From an uncultured Latescibacterota bacterium (lineage in GTDB: Bacteria; Latescibacterota; UBA2968): 64,000 bases of DNA. Below are positions 54,551 through 64,000 of this stretch, piece by piece (the first letter of the stretch is position 1; every line of letters begins with the position of its first letter). The stretch covers positions 5,843,014 to 5,907,013 of the forward strand of contig OX638317.1 in assembly GCA_951812545.1 (NCBI GenBank). Direction: 5' to 3'. The translations under genes and the position numbers were made by a program. The notes under the pieces are model-generated. The model ran no database searches, had not been told where the DNA came from, and saw only the letters and a program-made list of their open reading frames with translations.

Positions 54551-55510
54551 TTATAGAAGCGCATTGACATTTTGCACTTCGTCGCGCCGAAAATATTCTT
54601 CAATACTGAAATATCGCGTTCCCGTATCACACAGTACTGTCACGACTACGTCATCGCTCGAAAGTCTCTGGGCCACGCGCCGGGCTGCCAGTACATTTGC
54701 TCCCGAAGAAATCCCGACCAATAGTGCCTCTTCCCTCGCCAGAGTTTCCGTCATGTCAAATGCCTCGCGATCCTCTATTGTGATTACTTCATCCAGTATA
54801 TTGCAATTTAAAATCGATGGAATAAATCCCGCTCCAATTCCCTCGATTGCGTGAGGACCCCGGCTTTTACCACTTAATACAGCCGAACCCGCAGGCTCAA
54901 CAGCTACTACTTTTGCACCTGGTACTTCTGATTTGAGGACCTCACCCACACCCGTAATTGTCCCACCTGTCCCTACTCCCGACACAAAAGCCGTCACCTT
55001 TCCCCCTGTTGCTTTTACAATTTCTGGTCCTGTGGTCTGCCGATGAGCCTCCGGGTTGGCCGGATTGTCAAACTGCTTCAACTCAATGCAATTTGCATTC
55101 TTTTTTACTATTTCCTGCGCCCGCTGTTTTGCCCCGTCCATATCGCCTGAGCCGGGTGTGATGACCACTTCGGCTCCGTATCTGGTCACCAGTGCCCGTC
55201 GTTCAAAACTCATTGTTTCAGGCATTGTCAATACCAGCCGATATTTGAGTTTGGCACATAACATTGCCAGGCCGATCCCGGTATTGCCACTGGTTGCCTC
55301 TACAATGGTCATGCCGGATTTGAGTGTTCCGGTTTTCTCTGCATCTCGAATCATATTCAGCGCAATGCGATCTTTTACGCTGCCCCCCGGATTGAGATAT
55401 TCCATCTTGGCCAGAATGGTAGCGCCCCCCGCTGGCGATAAATTCTCTAACCGAACCATTGGCGTTCCACCAATGATATCGGAAACGCGACCCACAATAG
55501 TATCTGGCAT
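54551..55510 (-). CDS. cysK: cysteine synthase A (O-acetylserine sulfhydrylase)
   Basis: 319 aa. PLP-lysine motif NPGGSVKDRIAL, TSGNTGIGLA, GVGTGGTITG. Confidence 0.9.
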   Translation of the reverse strand: MPDTIVGRVSDIIGGTPMVRLENLSPAGGATILAKMEYLNPGGSVKDRIALNMIRDAEKTGTLKSGMTIVEATSGNTGIGLAMLCAKLKYRLVLTMPETMSFERRALVTRYGAEVVITPGSGDMDGAKQRAQEIVKKNANCIELKQFDNPANPEAHRQTTGPEIVKATGGKVTAFVSGVGTGGTITGVGEVLKSEVPGAKVVAVEPAGSAVLSGKSRGPHAIEGIGAGFIPSILNCNILDEVITIEDREAFDMTETLAREEALLVGISSGANVLAARRVAQRLSSDDVVVTVLCDTGTRYFSIEEYFRRDEVQNVNALL

Positions 55511-55758
55511 AGCATTCTCCCTTAAAGGACGAGATCAAAACCCGTGTCCTGTGTATCCGGCGCGAAGGGTTGAGAAATACGAGGTGTGCGCCGGTGTGAC
55601 AATATAATTCTCGGCGTTGAAAAATAAAGCGGTTTAGAGGTTGAGAAGTTTTTTGAATCAGTTGTGTCTTGAATTATTCGCAGGTGATGAGTATATTCGG
55701 TTCGAAATATTCTTCGGTCTGGCGAGATACCTGGATATGCAGGTTAAAGGAGGGGTTT

Positions 55759-56724
55759 ATGGCCCTTGCGATGACAGAGCAGCAAGAGAGAGATTTTGAT
55801 GAGAAGGGATTTATTGTTCTTGAGGATTTTTTTACTCAGGACGAGGTCAATCGGCTTTTGCTGGCTATTGATGAGGTGGCAGAGCGGATTCGAGAGGCCG
55901 AAGGCCTGGGACCTGATGATCCTTTTGCCGTGCGCAATGCCCTGTCGCAGCACGAGGCGTTTCTGGATTTGATCGATCATCCGCGCATGTTGCCTCTGGT
56001 GGTGGATGCGATTGGCTGGAATATTCAGATACGAACGACGCATCTGGACTATCGACCGCCATATCCCGAGGGTTTGAAAGCAGGCGATGTTGGCGTTGGC
56101 AAGGGCGAAGATCAGGAGATTGGGTACCGCAATGTGGCATGGCATCCCGATTTGGCGAGCGATATGTTGTTTCTGGGACCTTCGCTGGATGGGCGTCTCC
56201 CGTTTATGGAGATCAAGGTTTTTTACGTGCTTTACGATATGACCGAATCCAATTGTGGCAATCTGTGGTTGGTGCCGGGTAGTCACAAGCGCAAGCCTGA
56301 AGAGTTGCGAGAGATGGGACGCGAGGTCAATCCGGAAGAGGCGGTTGAGCTCAAGTTGCGGGCTGGTTCCGCGGTGTTGTGGCGAACCGCTGTTTGGCAC
56401 TGCGTGGGTCCCAATTTGTCGAGAAAAACGCGGAAGATTATGCATGTGGGGTATAATTACCGGTGGCTTCGTCCAACTGATTATATTGAGCAGGATACGG
56501 AACTCATTGAACGGAGTTCGCCAGTTCGGCGCCAGTTGTTGGGCGCGCTGGCATCGGGAAAAGATCCACTGGGACCAGAACCAGATTTTCACCCTTCGTC
56601 ACAATACTGGCTGACAAAGAATTGGGATGATGTCCCGTTGCGAGCTTGGGCAGAGGAACAAGAGACGAGTCAAAAGCAACCACATGTGAACGGCTATCGT
56701 AGTTGCACACCGGTTGTAAAGTAA
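55759..56724 (+). CDS. phytanoyl-CoA dioxygenase (PhyH) family protein
   Basis: Start moved to ATG 55759 behind AAAGGAGGGG (MALAMTEQQERDFDEKGFIVLEDFF). WHPD (His-x-Asp) and a later WHCVGPN His. Second PhyH-family gene in the window. Confidence 0.8.
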   Translation: MALAMTEQQERDFDEKGFIVLEDFFTQDEVNRLLLAIDEVAERIREAEGLGPDDPFAVRNALSQHEAFLDLIDHPRMLPLVVDAIGWNIQIRTTHLDYRPPYPEGLKAGDVGVGKGEDQEIGYRNVAWHPDLASDMLFLGPSLDGRLPFMEIKVFYVLYDMTESNCGNLWLVPGSHKRKPEELREMGREVNPEEAVELKLRAGSAVLWRTAVWHCVGPNLSRKTRKIMHVGYNYRWLRPTDYIEQDTELIERSSPVRRQLLGALASGKDPLGPEPDFHPSSQYWLTKNWDDVPLRAWAEEQETSQKQPHVNGYRSCTPVVK

Positions 56725-56785
56725 GAGGCAAGAGGTGTGAGTGTAGGGAAGTACTCCTGTGCATGCCCCAAGAGATAGGATTAGA

Positions 56786-58172
56786 ATGCAAAAATATCAA
56801 GCCGAAGTCTTATTGAGACGTGCTGTCGGTGATCCCAACGTCCGTTTTCGAACGGGTCAATGGGAAGCTATTGACGCGCTGGTTAACCACCGCCGCAAGT
56901 TGATGGTGGTACAGCGCACTGGCTGGGGCAAAAGCTCGGTTTACTTCATTGGTACGCGCATATTGCGTGATCAAGGGAGCGGAGTAACAGTGATTGTGTC
57001 CCCTCTGATTGCGCTGATGCGCAATCAGATCGAAGCGGCCAATCGACTTGGTATTCGTGCAGAGACGATCAATTCCACAAACCAGGATAATTGGCCTGAG
57101 GTCAGCCACGCTCTATTAGCCGACCAAGTTGATGCCATTCTGATTTCGCCTGAACGTCTCGCGAACGAGACATTTGTCGAGGAGGTTTTGATACCGGTAG
57201 CTGATCGCGTTGGCCGACCACGATGAATTATCTACATTTCAACTTCAGCAGTATCTCAATTTGAGGCATGGACAAATTGACAAAGTCTTGAAAATCCTCA
57301 GTGTTGAAAGCCCATCTCCTGTAATCAAACAGGGTAGCAAGTGGCGTCGGACACCTGTTCTATACCATATGGACCACGCACGGATTGAACGTTTGACACA
57401 GCAAAGAGAAATCGAGTGGCAAGAGGTCCAAGATTATATCGACACGGATGATTGTCTTATGGCTTATTTGAGAAATGCCCTTGATGATCGAGAAAACGAT
57501 AAGTGTGGTCGGTGTACTGTTTGTCTGGGTGAACCAGTTGTGGATATAGATATAGAACACTCTCTTGTCATTGATGCAACCCGGTTTTTGAGGCAGGCAG
57601 AGATGCCTTTCAAACCAAATAGACAGGTCGCTACTGGTGCGTTTCCCATATATGACTTTCGAGGCAACCTGCGGCCTGAACTTCAGGCATCAGAAGGGCG
57701 GATCTTATCGCGCTGGGGTGATGCTGGCTGGGGTCAACTGGTGTCCGCTGATAAGCATGCAGGTCGTTTTCGAGATGCGTTGGTGGAAGCTATGGCAGAT
57801 ATGATCAAGCTACGATGGCAACCAGATCCCACTCCGGAATGGGTGACTTGTGTTCCTTCATTCAGCCATCCTACACTGGTGCCGCACTTTGCACAGCGAC
57901 TTGCAACCCAGTTGCAATTGCCTTTTGTGGACGCCATTCATAAAATACAAAATAACGAACCGCAGAAAAATCAGCAGAACCGTTTCCATCAATGCCAAAA
58001 TCTGGATGGCGTGTTCGAAATTTCGGAAAATATTCCTGTAACACCTGTACTACTGGTGGACGATATAATAGATTCCGGATGGACGATGACCGTACTTGCT
58101 GCCTTGTTACGGCAGGCGGGGAGTGGGCCGGTCTTTCCGGTGGCATTAGCCTCGACGAGTGCGGGGGATTAA
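56786..58172 (+). pseudogene. RecQ-like helicase fused to ComF-type phosphoribosyltransferase domain, internally deleted
   Basis: ORF 1 has helicase motifs I/Ia (QRTGWGKSSVYF, VSPLIALMRNQ) and stops at 57226. ORF 2, from about 57210 in another frame, has a wHTH-like region, CGRCTVC and a PRTase loop VLLVDDIIDSGWT. The DEAH box and the whole helicase C lobe are absent. Confidence 0.65.
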
Positions 58173-59409
58173 ATGTCGGTATCACATAATACACAGGCGA
58201 TCTTGTTGCTGACGGCGCATTTTTCCAAAGCGAAAAATGAGGCGGTTAAACCGTTGACAATGAAAGAATGGGGGCGTTTTACATGGTGGCTTAGGAAGCG
58301 GTCACTGACCCCAGAGGACCTGATGACCGGGCGACTTGATGAACTCTTAAATGGGTGGTCAGACAAGACGATTACCATGGAGCGTGTCAAGGGCCTGATG
58401 CATCGCGGTTCAGCACTTGCGCTGGCTCTGGAGAAATGGTTCCGTGCGGGTCTATGGGTTATGACAAGATCGGATCCAGATTACCCGACGCGATTCAAGC
58501 AACGTCTGGGGATTGACTCACCTGCCGTCGTGTTTGGTTGTGGCAACAGAGCCTTACTCAATAGCGGTGGCTTGGCAGTGATAGGCTCTCGCAATGCAAC
58601 GGAAGAGAATTTGGCATATAGTCGTGATCTGGGTGCCCTGGCTGCGAGCACTGGTTATTCGGTTGTTTCGGGAGGTGCGAGAGGGGTTGATGAGGCATCT
58701 ATGCTTGGATCCCTCGAAGTAGAAGGCACTGTGATTGGTGCTTGCGGATAGCCTTATGAGAGCCTGCTCAGGTGTCAAGTATCGCAAACACTTAATGGCA
58801 AATAATCTCGTACTTATTTCGACTTTTTATCCCGAAGCTGGGTTCAACGTGGGCCATGCTATGCAGCGGAACAAGTACATTTATTGCCTTTCTGATGCCG
58901 CTCTGGTGGTTCACTCCGGTACAAAGGGCGGTACTTGGAGCGGCGCGATGGAAAATCTTAAGAAGCAATGGGTACCGCTTTGGGTAAAAAGGACTAACGA
59001 AAAAAGAGCCGGAAATGCAGCTATTGTCAGGGCTGGTGCAGCATGGGTACCGGAGAATATCAGGGACGTTGATCTCATAGCACGGTTTACGACAGATCGT
59101 AAAGAAAAATCTCCGCAACAAATGACGCTAACGAAATCGGATCAGTTCGTCCAAGTTGTTAAGGAGGATGCTAAGACATACTCTTCAGTCGAGGATATTG
59201 GATTCTATGATCTATTTCTCTTAAAAGCCCAAGTACTGTGCAAAGATGTCCCAAAGACTCGTGATGAGTTGTCTGAAGCATTGCAAGTTCGCAAGACCCA
59301 GATCGATATCTGGCTCAAGCAGGCCACCGACGATCAGAAATTGGAGAAATTGTCCAGACCGGTTCGTTATCAGTGGGTCAACTCGCAGCAAGGTGCGTTA
59401 TCCGTATAA
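58173..59409 (+). pseudogene. dprA: DNA processing protein DprA/Smf family, frameshifted
   Basis: GLAVIGSRNATEENLAYSRDLGALAASTGYSVVSGGARGVDEA...GTVIG, then a frame change near 58737 to VLADSL...HAMQRNKYIYCLSDAALVV. Restoring one base gives a continuous DprA Rossmann fold. A wHTH-like C-terminus follows. Confidence 0.7.
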
Positions 59410-59466
59410 AAAAATGAGATATACCACAGTAGAACTTTTTCCATTGCGTAGCTTTGATATAAACAG

Positions 59467-59495
59467 AAAACCCCAGAAGCCTGCTTCTGGGGTTT
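59467..59495. terminator. bidirectional terminator between dprA and the response regulator gene
   Basis: AAAA-CCCCAGAAGC-CT-GCTTCTGGGG-TTTG. Confidence 0.65.
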
Positions 59496-59523
59496 GTGGT
59501 GTGCCGGGAGATGTTTTTGATTA

Positions 59524-60195
59524 TCAGGGGGGATCAAATTTGTAGCCGACACCGCGCACTGTGGTAATGGCTTTGCCCGATTCGCCGAGTTTGGAGCGCA
59601 AGCGGCGAATGTGGACGTCAACGGTGCGCATGCCGCCGTAATAGTCATAGCCCCAGATGCTGTCGAGCAGGTCCGACCGGGTAAATACGCGGGCCTCGTG
59701 GGTGACCAGATGTTTGAGTAGTTCGTATTCTTTGAGTGTGAGTTCGACAACGCTGCCCTTGACGCGCACTTCATAGCGCGCCATATTGATGACGAGGTCA
59801 TCTATTTTGAGGGTGTGGTCGTCGGGGGGATTATCGTCGTTCCAAAGTGCCAGGCGCAGGCGAGCTTCGAACTCGCGCAGGCTATAGGGTTTGATGACGA
59901 AATCTGAAATGCCGAGTGAAAAATCGAGATTGAGTGCGGTCATTTCATCGGTGATGACGAGCAGGGAACTGTCGTTGGTAGAATGTTGTTGTTGCAGGTC
60001 TGCAATGGCCTGTGCGAGGCGATCGAGGGAGGATTCGGGGTCAATAATGGTCAAATCAATACCGTCAGCGGGAATGGGAGACAAATTGCTCCGCCCGCGC
60101 AGGATCACGTGTTCGACCTGATGCCCGATGTATTCGAGGTCTGATTTGAGACGCGCGCCGTAGGCTTCGTCTGCGAGAAGAAGAATAGTTGCCAT
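59524..60195 (-). CDS. OmpR/PhoB-family response regulator (receiver + winged-helix)
   Basis: 223 aa. Receiver with DLTIID (phospho-acceptor Asp) and FVIKP. C-terminal trans_reg_C (RVFTRSDLLDSIWG...RTVDVHIRRLRSKL...TVRGVGYKF). No histidine kinase gene nearby. Confidence 0.85.
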   Translation of the reverse strand: MATILLLADEAYGARLKSDLEYIGHQVEHVILRGRSNLSPIPADGIDLTIIDPESSLDRLAQAIADLQQQHSTNDSSLLVITDEMTALNLDFSLGISDFVIKPYSLREFEARLRLALWNDDNPPDDHTLKIDDLVINMARYEVRVKGSVVELTLKEYELLKHLVTHEARVFTRSDLLDSIWGYDYYGGMRTVDVHIRRLRSKLGESGKAITTVRGVGYKFDPP

Positions 60196-60393
60196 TGGAG
60201 ACGAAATTGGGAATAAGGGAGGAACTGATATTACGCATTTTTATGCGCCCGTGTGTAATATCAGTACTGAAAACAGAAAACCGAAAATTAGTGGCCTCAT
60301 GGCATTTTGTCAAGGCGTATCTAAGAATACGGGCGCGGGCGTTTGAAAGAAATTAGTAAAATACTTTAATTAAAACAGTCTCAGGAGCACATA

Positions 60394-62031
60394 ATGTCTT
60401 CTCCCCATGCAATTGCTCATCCCGCTTTCAGGCCGTCCATTATGGGTAGGAATGGCGTGGTTACATCGGGACACCATCTCGCTTCTCAAGCAGGTATCCA
60501 GATCATGATGGCCGGCGGCAATGCCATTGATGCGGCTATTGCTACAGCCGCTGCGCTCGGCGTGGTTGAACCGCAATCTTCAGGCGCGGGCGGCGATGGT
60601 TTTATCTTGATCTATTCTGCCAAAACGGGCACAGTATCCGCCATCAATGCCACTGGCGCAGCCCCAACGGGTGCGACCCGGGAGTTTTATCTCAAACGCG
60701 GTGGTATCCCGATGAAGGGTATTCTGAGTGTTTCTATACCCGGCCTAGTAGATGGCTGGCTCGTTGCTCACGAGCACTTTGGCACGCGCCCGCTCGAAGA
60801 TATTTTTGCGCCAGCAATCGCCTTTTGCGAAGAGGGCTTTCCTCTCAGTCACAAATTGGCGAACAGTTTGCGGGGGGAAACAAAACGCTTTGCATCCGAT
60901 CCATATACGCGGGCGGTCTTCACAAATGATGGTCAGCCTCTTCATCCCGGGGACATTGTCTATCAGAAAGACCTGGGTAAGACCTTGCGGAAGATCGCCG
61001 CAGAGGGGCGCGACGCCTATCGCACGGGTGAAATAGCCCGGGATTTCGTTGCATTTAGCCAGTCGCGAGGTGGGTTGCTCACCGAAGCCGACTTGAAGAA
61101 CCATTGCGCCCGTATTGGGGATCCCATTGCTGTGACCTATAAAGGTTATACAGTATATGAAACGCCGCCCAATTCGAGTGGGCATATCTTACTTCAAGAA
61201 CTCAATATTGTCGAAAATTTTGATCTTCGGGCACTGGGTTGCAATACTGCCGAGAGTATCCACCTTATGGTTGAGGCGAAAAAACTCGCTTTTGCAGACC
61301 GCGAAAAATACGTGGCCGATCCAGATTGGGTCGATGTGCCAATTGATGGACTTCTTTCGAAAGATTATGCAAAAGAGCGCGCTTCATACATCGACCTCGA
61401 ACGCGCTGCTATTCATGTCCCACCTGGTATCCCCGAATCGGTCGAGGATACTACATGTTTCTGCGTGGCTGATAGCGAGGGCAACGCGGTTTGTCAACTG
61501 CAGAGCATTCAATCTGGCTGGGGATCAAGTCTTATTGCGGGTGATACGGGCATTCTCCTCAACAACCGCATGACTTACTGGCATCTCGAAAAAGATCATC
61601 CCAATTGTCTGATGCCCGGCAAACGGGTTCGCCATACGATGAATCCCGTTATTGTTACGAAAGACGACAAACCCGTTCTGATATGCGGTACGCCGGGCGC
61701 AGATACACAGGTGCAGACCAATTTGCAACTGGTGACACATATTCTGGAATTTGGTATGACACCTCAAGAGGCTGTTGAAGCCCCTCGCTGGCGTTCTTTG
61801 CAAAACCCTATGGAATCCACTGTTCCCCATACTTGCGAAGATGTGCTTCAACTCGAAAGCCGTTTTCCTACAATCGCGTGCGAAGCTCTGGCTCGGAAAG
61901 GTCACGACCTTCGCTACCTCTCAAATTGGGGTGGGCCGGGGAATGCTCAAGCCATTCAAATCGATCCCGAAACCGGTACCCTGATGGGCGGTTCAGATCC
62001 CAGGCGAGACGGATATGCCATTGCTTTTTAA
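60394..62031 (+). CDS. ggt: gamma-glutamyltransferase family protein (no signal peptide)
   Basis: 545 aa. GGT N-terminal GGNAIDAAIA..A.LGVVEP.SSG.GGDGF, the Ntn nucleophile region EDTTCFCVAD, and GTPGADTQ. Confidence 0.8.
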   Translation: MSSPHAIAHPAFRPSIMGRNGVVTSGHHLASQAGIQIMMAGGNAIDAAIATAAALGVVEPQSSGAGGDGFILIYSAKTGTVSAINATGAAPTGATREFYLKRGGIPMKGILSVSIPGLVDGWLVAHEHFGTRPLEDIFAPAIAFCEEGFPLSHKLANSLRGETKRFASDPYTRAVFTNDGQPLHPGDIVYQKDLGKTLRKIAAEGRDAYRTGEIARDFVAFSQSRGGLLTEADLKNHCARIGDPIAVTYKGYTVYETPPNSSGHILLQELNIVENFDLRALGCNTAESIHLMVEAKKLAFADREKYVADPDWVDVPIDGLLSKDYAKERASYIDLERAAIHVPPGIPESVEDTTCFCVADSEGNAVCQLQSIQSGWGSSLIAGDTGILLNNRMTYWHLEKDHPNCLMPGKRVRHTMNPVIVTKDDKPVLICGTPGADTQVQTNLQLVTHILEFGMTPQEAVEAPRWRSLQNPMESTVPHTCEDVLQLESRFPTIACEALARKGHDLRYLSNWGGPGNAQAIQIDPETGTLMGGSDPRRDGYAIAF

Positions 62032-62043
62032 GAAGGAATAACT

Positions 62044-63222
62044 ATGAAAATCAAAGATATTCGCGCAGTTGCCGTCAATATTTCTCCTGCTCAAAAAACA
62101 GAACCTCGCGTCCCGAAGTTATCTACAGATGGTTTTATCAGCCCTATGGCGCGATATTCCGAATTTAAAAAATCGAAATGGAATCCAGGCTGGACTCGCA
62201 CGGCCTGTGTCGTGACCGCGCAAGATGGTTCCTGGGGGGTTGGTTTTACCAATCACAGTGGGCCGGTGCTCAGTATTATCAACGATCACTTCGCCCCTTT
62301 GCTCGAAGGGCAAAATTGCATGGCGACCGAGAAGCTGTGGGACATGATGCGCCGCGCTTCTTCGCCTTATCACACGGCGGGTTTGTCCAGCTATGCCATC
62401 AGTGCTGTGGATAACGCCCTGTGGGACTTAAAAGGAAAAATTTTGCAGCGTCCTGTTTACGCGCTCTTGGGCGGTCCGCAAAAAGACAAAATTTTCTGTT
62501 ATGCCAGCAATACAGATATATCTTATGGTACGGAGAATAGCATTGAGTGGTTCCTCGAACTGGGTTTCAAGGCGGTCAAGCTCTTTGCGCGATACGGGCC
62601 TGAGTCCGGTATTGAGGGAATAAATAAAACGGAAGAATTGGTTGCCAAAACGCGCGAGCAGATCGGCGATGATGTCGAACTCATGCTCGATGCGTGGATG
62701 TCGCTCAATGTCGAGTACACGGTTCGCCTCGTTGAAGTCCTGAAACCGTATCGTCTCAAGTGGCTTGAAGACTACGTGCTGCCCGAAGATATGGAAAGCT
62801 ATATGAAGGTGCGCCAACGCGTCCCCGGGCAAATTCTCGCAACGGGCGAACACTGGTACACCATCCATCCCTTTGCCACAGCTGCGAGCCAGGGGCTTGT
62901 CGATATTTTGCAGCCCGATATTCAGTGGGCAGGTGGTGTCACAGCCTTGATGCGGATATGCCATATTGCCGAGGCGCATGGGCTAACAGTTATCAGCCAC
63001 GCGGGCATGAATTATCCCTACGGTCAGCACCTTTCTTATGCTATGCCGGCGATACAGTGGGGCGAGCGTTCCGAAGGGGTATCGCCTCCGGGCGTTCCAC
63101 TCGAAGAACGCGTCGCGCTGCCAGGAACCCCTGTGATCAAAGACGGTTATCTCATTCCGAGCGATGCTCCTGGATTTGGCATCGAAGTCACTAAGGACTG
63201 GTTGGAACAAAAGGCTGTATAA
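62044..63222 (+). CDS. enolase superfamily enzyme (mandelate racemase/muconate lactonizing family; acid-sugar dehydratase-like)
   Basis: 392 aa. Capping domain plus a TIM barrel with metal-ligand-like MLDAW, WLEDY and ATGEH segments. Substrate is unknown. Confidence 0.75.
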   Translation: MKIKDIRAVAVNISPAQKTEPRVPKLSTDGFISPMARYSEFKKSKWNPGWTRTACVVTAQDGSWGVGFTNHSGPVLSIINDHFAPLLEGQNCMATEKLWDMMRRASSPYHTAGLSSYAISAVDNALWDLKGKILQRPVYALLGGPQKDKIFCYASNTDISYGTENSIEWFLELGFKAVKLFARYGPESGIEGINKTEELVAKTREQIGDDVELMLDAWMSLNVEYTVRLVEVLKPYRLKWLEDYVLPEDMESYMKVRQRVPGQILATGEHWYTIHPFATAASQGLVDILQPDIQWAGGVTALMRICHIAEAHGLTVISHAGMNYPYGQHLSYAMPAIQWGERSEGVSPPGVPLEERVALPGTPVIKDGYLIPSDAPGFGIEVTKDWLEQKAV

Positions 63223-63237
63223 CTCATTGGAGACGAT

Positions 63238-63783
63238 ATGGCGCAAGAGTGGAGACACTTGCTCAAGTTTCGTTGCACTCGCTGTGGAAATTGTTGTCGA
63301 GACCCTATTGTTCTGGTTACTGACGAAGATGTGCGCCGCATTGTTGAGGGCACAAATCAAGCGGCTTATGATGTTGTCGATTTTTATAAACCCAGCGAGA
63401 TTGAATGGGGCGAAGACCAGCCTGGCTGGATACGTTTGAAGTCTGGCCAGCGCGTTATGGGATTGCGTCGAACCGAGAGCGGATGCCAATATCTGGGTGA
63501 AGACGATTTGTGTACTATTTATGACTATCGCCCGGTGACCTGTAGAAGGTATCCATTTGATCTCGAGTTTGACGAAAATGACGATATCGAGTTGCTCAGC
63601 ATTAGCCAATCTACCGATTGTCCGTATGAACTCGATGGGTATAATCCATTGGGCGAAATCAAGGCTATTGCGAAATGGGAGGCGTGGGAAGAAGAACCCT
63701 ATTATGCCAGAGTTGAAGCGTGGAACGCACGCAACGAGATGGGTGGAAAAAAGACATTCCTCAAATTTATTGGGTTGGAGTGA
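63238..63783 (+). CDS. YkgJ/UPF0153 family cysteine-cluster protein
   Basis: 181 aa. CTRCGNCC near the N-terminus and CQYLGEDDLCTIYDYRPVTCRRYPF, the family signature. Confidence 0.7.
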   Translation: MAQEWRHLLKFRCTRCGNCCRDPIVLVTDEDVRRIVEGTNQAAYDVVDFYKPSEIEWGEDQPGWIRLKSGQRVMGLRRTESGCQYLGEDDLCTIYDYRPVTCRRYPFDLEFDENDDIELLSISQSTDCPYELDGYNPLGEIKAIAKWEAWEEEPYYARVEAWNARNEMGGKKTFLKFIGLE

Positions 63784-63813
63784 AAAGGCCTGGACCAGAA
63801 TGGAAGATAGTCT

Positions 63814-64000
63814 ATGAATCATAACATTTTTGATCGCGCTGAAGAATTTATCTATAAAAATGCACGGCTGATCGAGCGGCAGTTGTTTGCCTATCATTTC
63901 AAAGGGGGTTCGCGAGAGCAGGTACTTACCGCGCTTCGTGCCTATCAAAGTGAAGATGGCGGATTCGGGCATGCCCTTGAACCGGATATTCGCTGTCCAG
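63814..64000 (+). CDS. hypothetical protein, 5' partial at window end
   Basis: My translation from ATG 63814 gives MNHNIFDRAEEFIYKNARLIERQLFAYHFKGGSREQVLTALRAYQSEDGGFGHALEPDIRCP, open to the window edge. The DGGFG pattern hints at an alpha/alpha-toroid repeat protein. Confidence 0.4.
   Translation, partial: MNHNIFDRAEEFIYKNARLIERQLFAYHFKGGSREQVLTALRAYQSEDGGFGHALEPDIRCP

Noticed and set aside
55744-56592. 282-aa ORF antisense to the second PhyH gene.
   Set aside because: It is a shadow ORF. The plus-strand frame has a strong RBS and PhyH motifs.
59524-60195. The response regulator, considered as the dedicated regulator of the CusCBA-like metal efflux island.
   Set aside because: It is more than 6 kb away and on the other side of unrelated genes (cysK, PhyH, recQ/dprA remnants). 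It has no sensor kinase, so nothing in the sequence links them.
62983-63972. 329-aa ORF on the minus strand spanning the enolase-superfamily 3' end, the ykgJ-like gene and the next gene.
   Set aside because: It crosses three plus-strand genes that each have recognisable family motifs and sensible spacing. It has no motifs of its own.

Overview
This 64-kb bacterial window has moderate GC and is densely coding. I found no rRNA, tRNA or CRISPR.

Left part, about 1-28.7 kb, is mostly housekeeping:
- rsmA, ilvE, an interleaved proC-hisH-hisF-proB block, ftsB-like, recO, valS and mltF.
- A complete thiamine locus: thiC diverging from thiO-thiS-thiG-tenI-like-thiD-thiE. Each arm starts with its own TPP riboswitch plus terminator.
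- A two-gene NAD-type formate dehydrogenase. Its catalytic subunit is one gene read through an in-frame TGA (27006-27008) at the canonical selenocysteine position.

Right part, about 28.8-64 kb, is accessory-like:
- A six-gene minus-strand cluster (28840-38274) of secreted or surface proteins. It is built from shuffled modules: sCache_2-like domains, a shared beta-sandwich module, a LivK-like solute-binding domain and T9SS type-A C-terminal sorting domains. A PhyH dioxygenase sits at one end and a translationally coupled group II PLP decarboxylase at the other.
- An intact IS4-family insertion sequence with a 9-bp target duplication.
- An RND pump with no adaptor or outer-membrane partner, followed by an unannotated 25-aa membrane micro-ORF.
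- A CusCBA-like heavy-metal efflux island with a tandem metal-binding domain duplication and palindromic REP-like elements.
- cysK with a yeiH-like gene.
- A decayed operon: a RecQ-like helicase fused to a ComF-type PRTase domain (internal deletion) plus DprA (frameshift).
- An orphan OmpR-type regulator, GGT, an enolase-superfamily enzyme and a YkgJ-type Cys-cluster protein.

The T9SS sorting domains suggest an FCB-superphylum-like, probably uncultured, lineage. That is inference only.

The best candidate for an undescribed system is the stand-alone Cache/SBP surface-protein cluster. The RecQ-PRTase/DprA module is second.

All calls come from reading the translations and the DNA by eye. No database searches were run.
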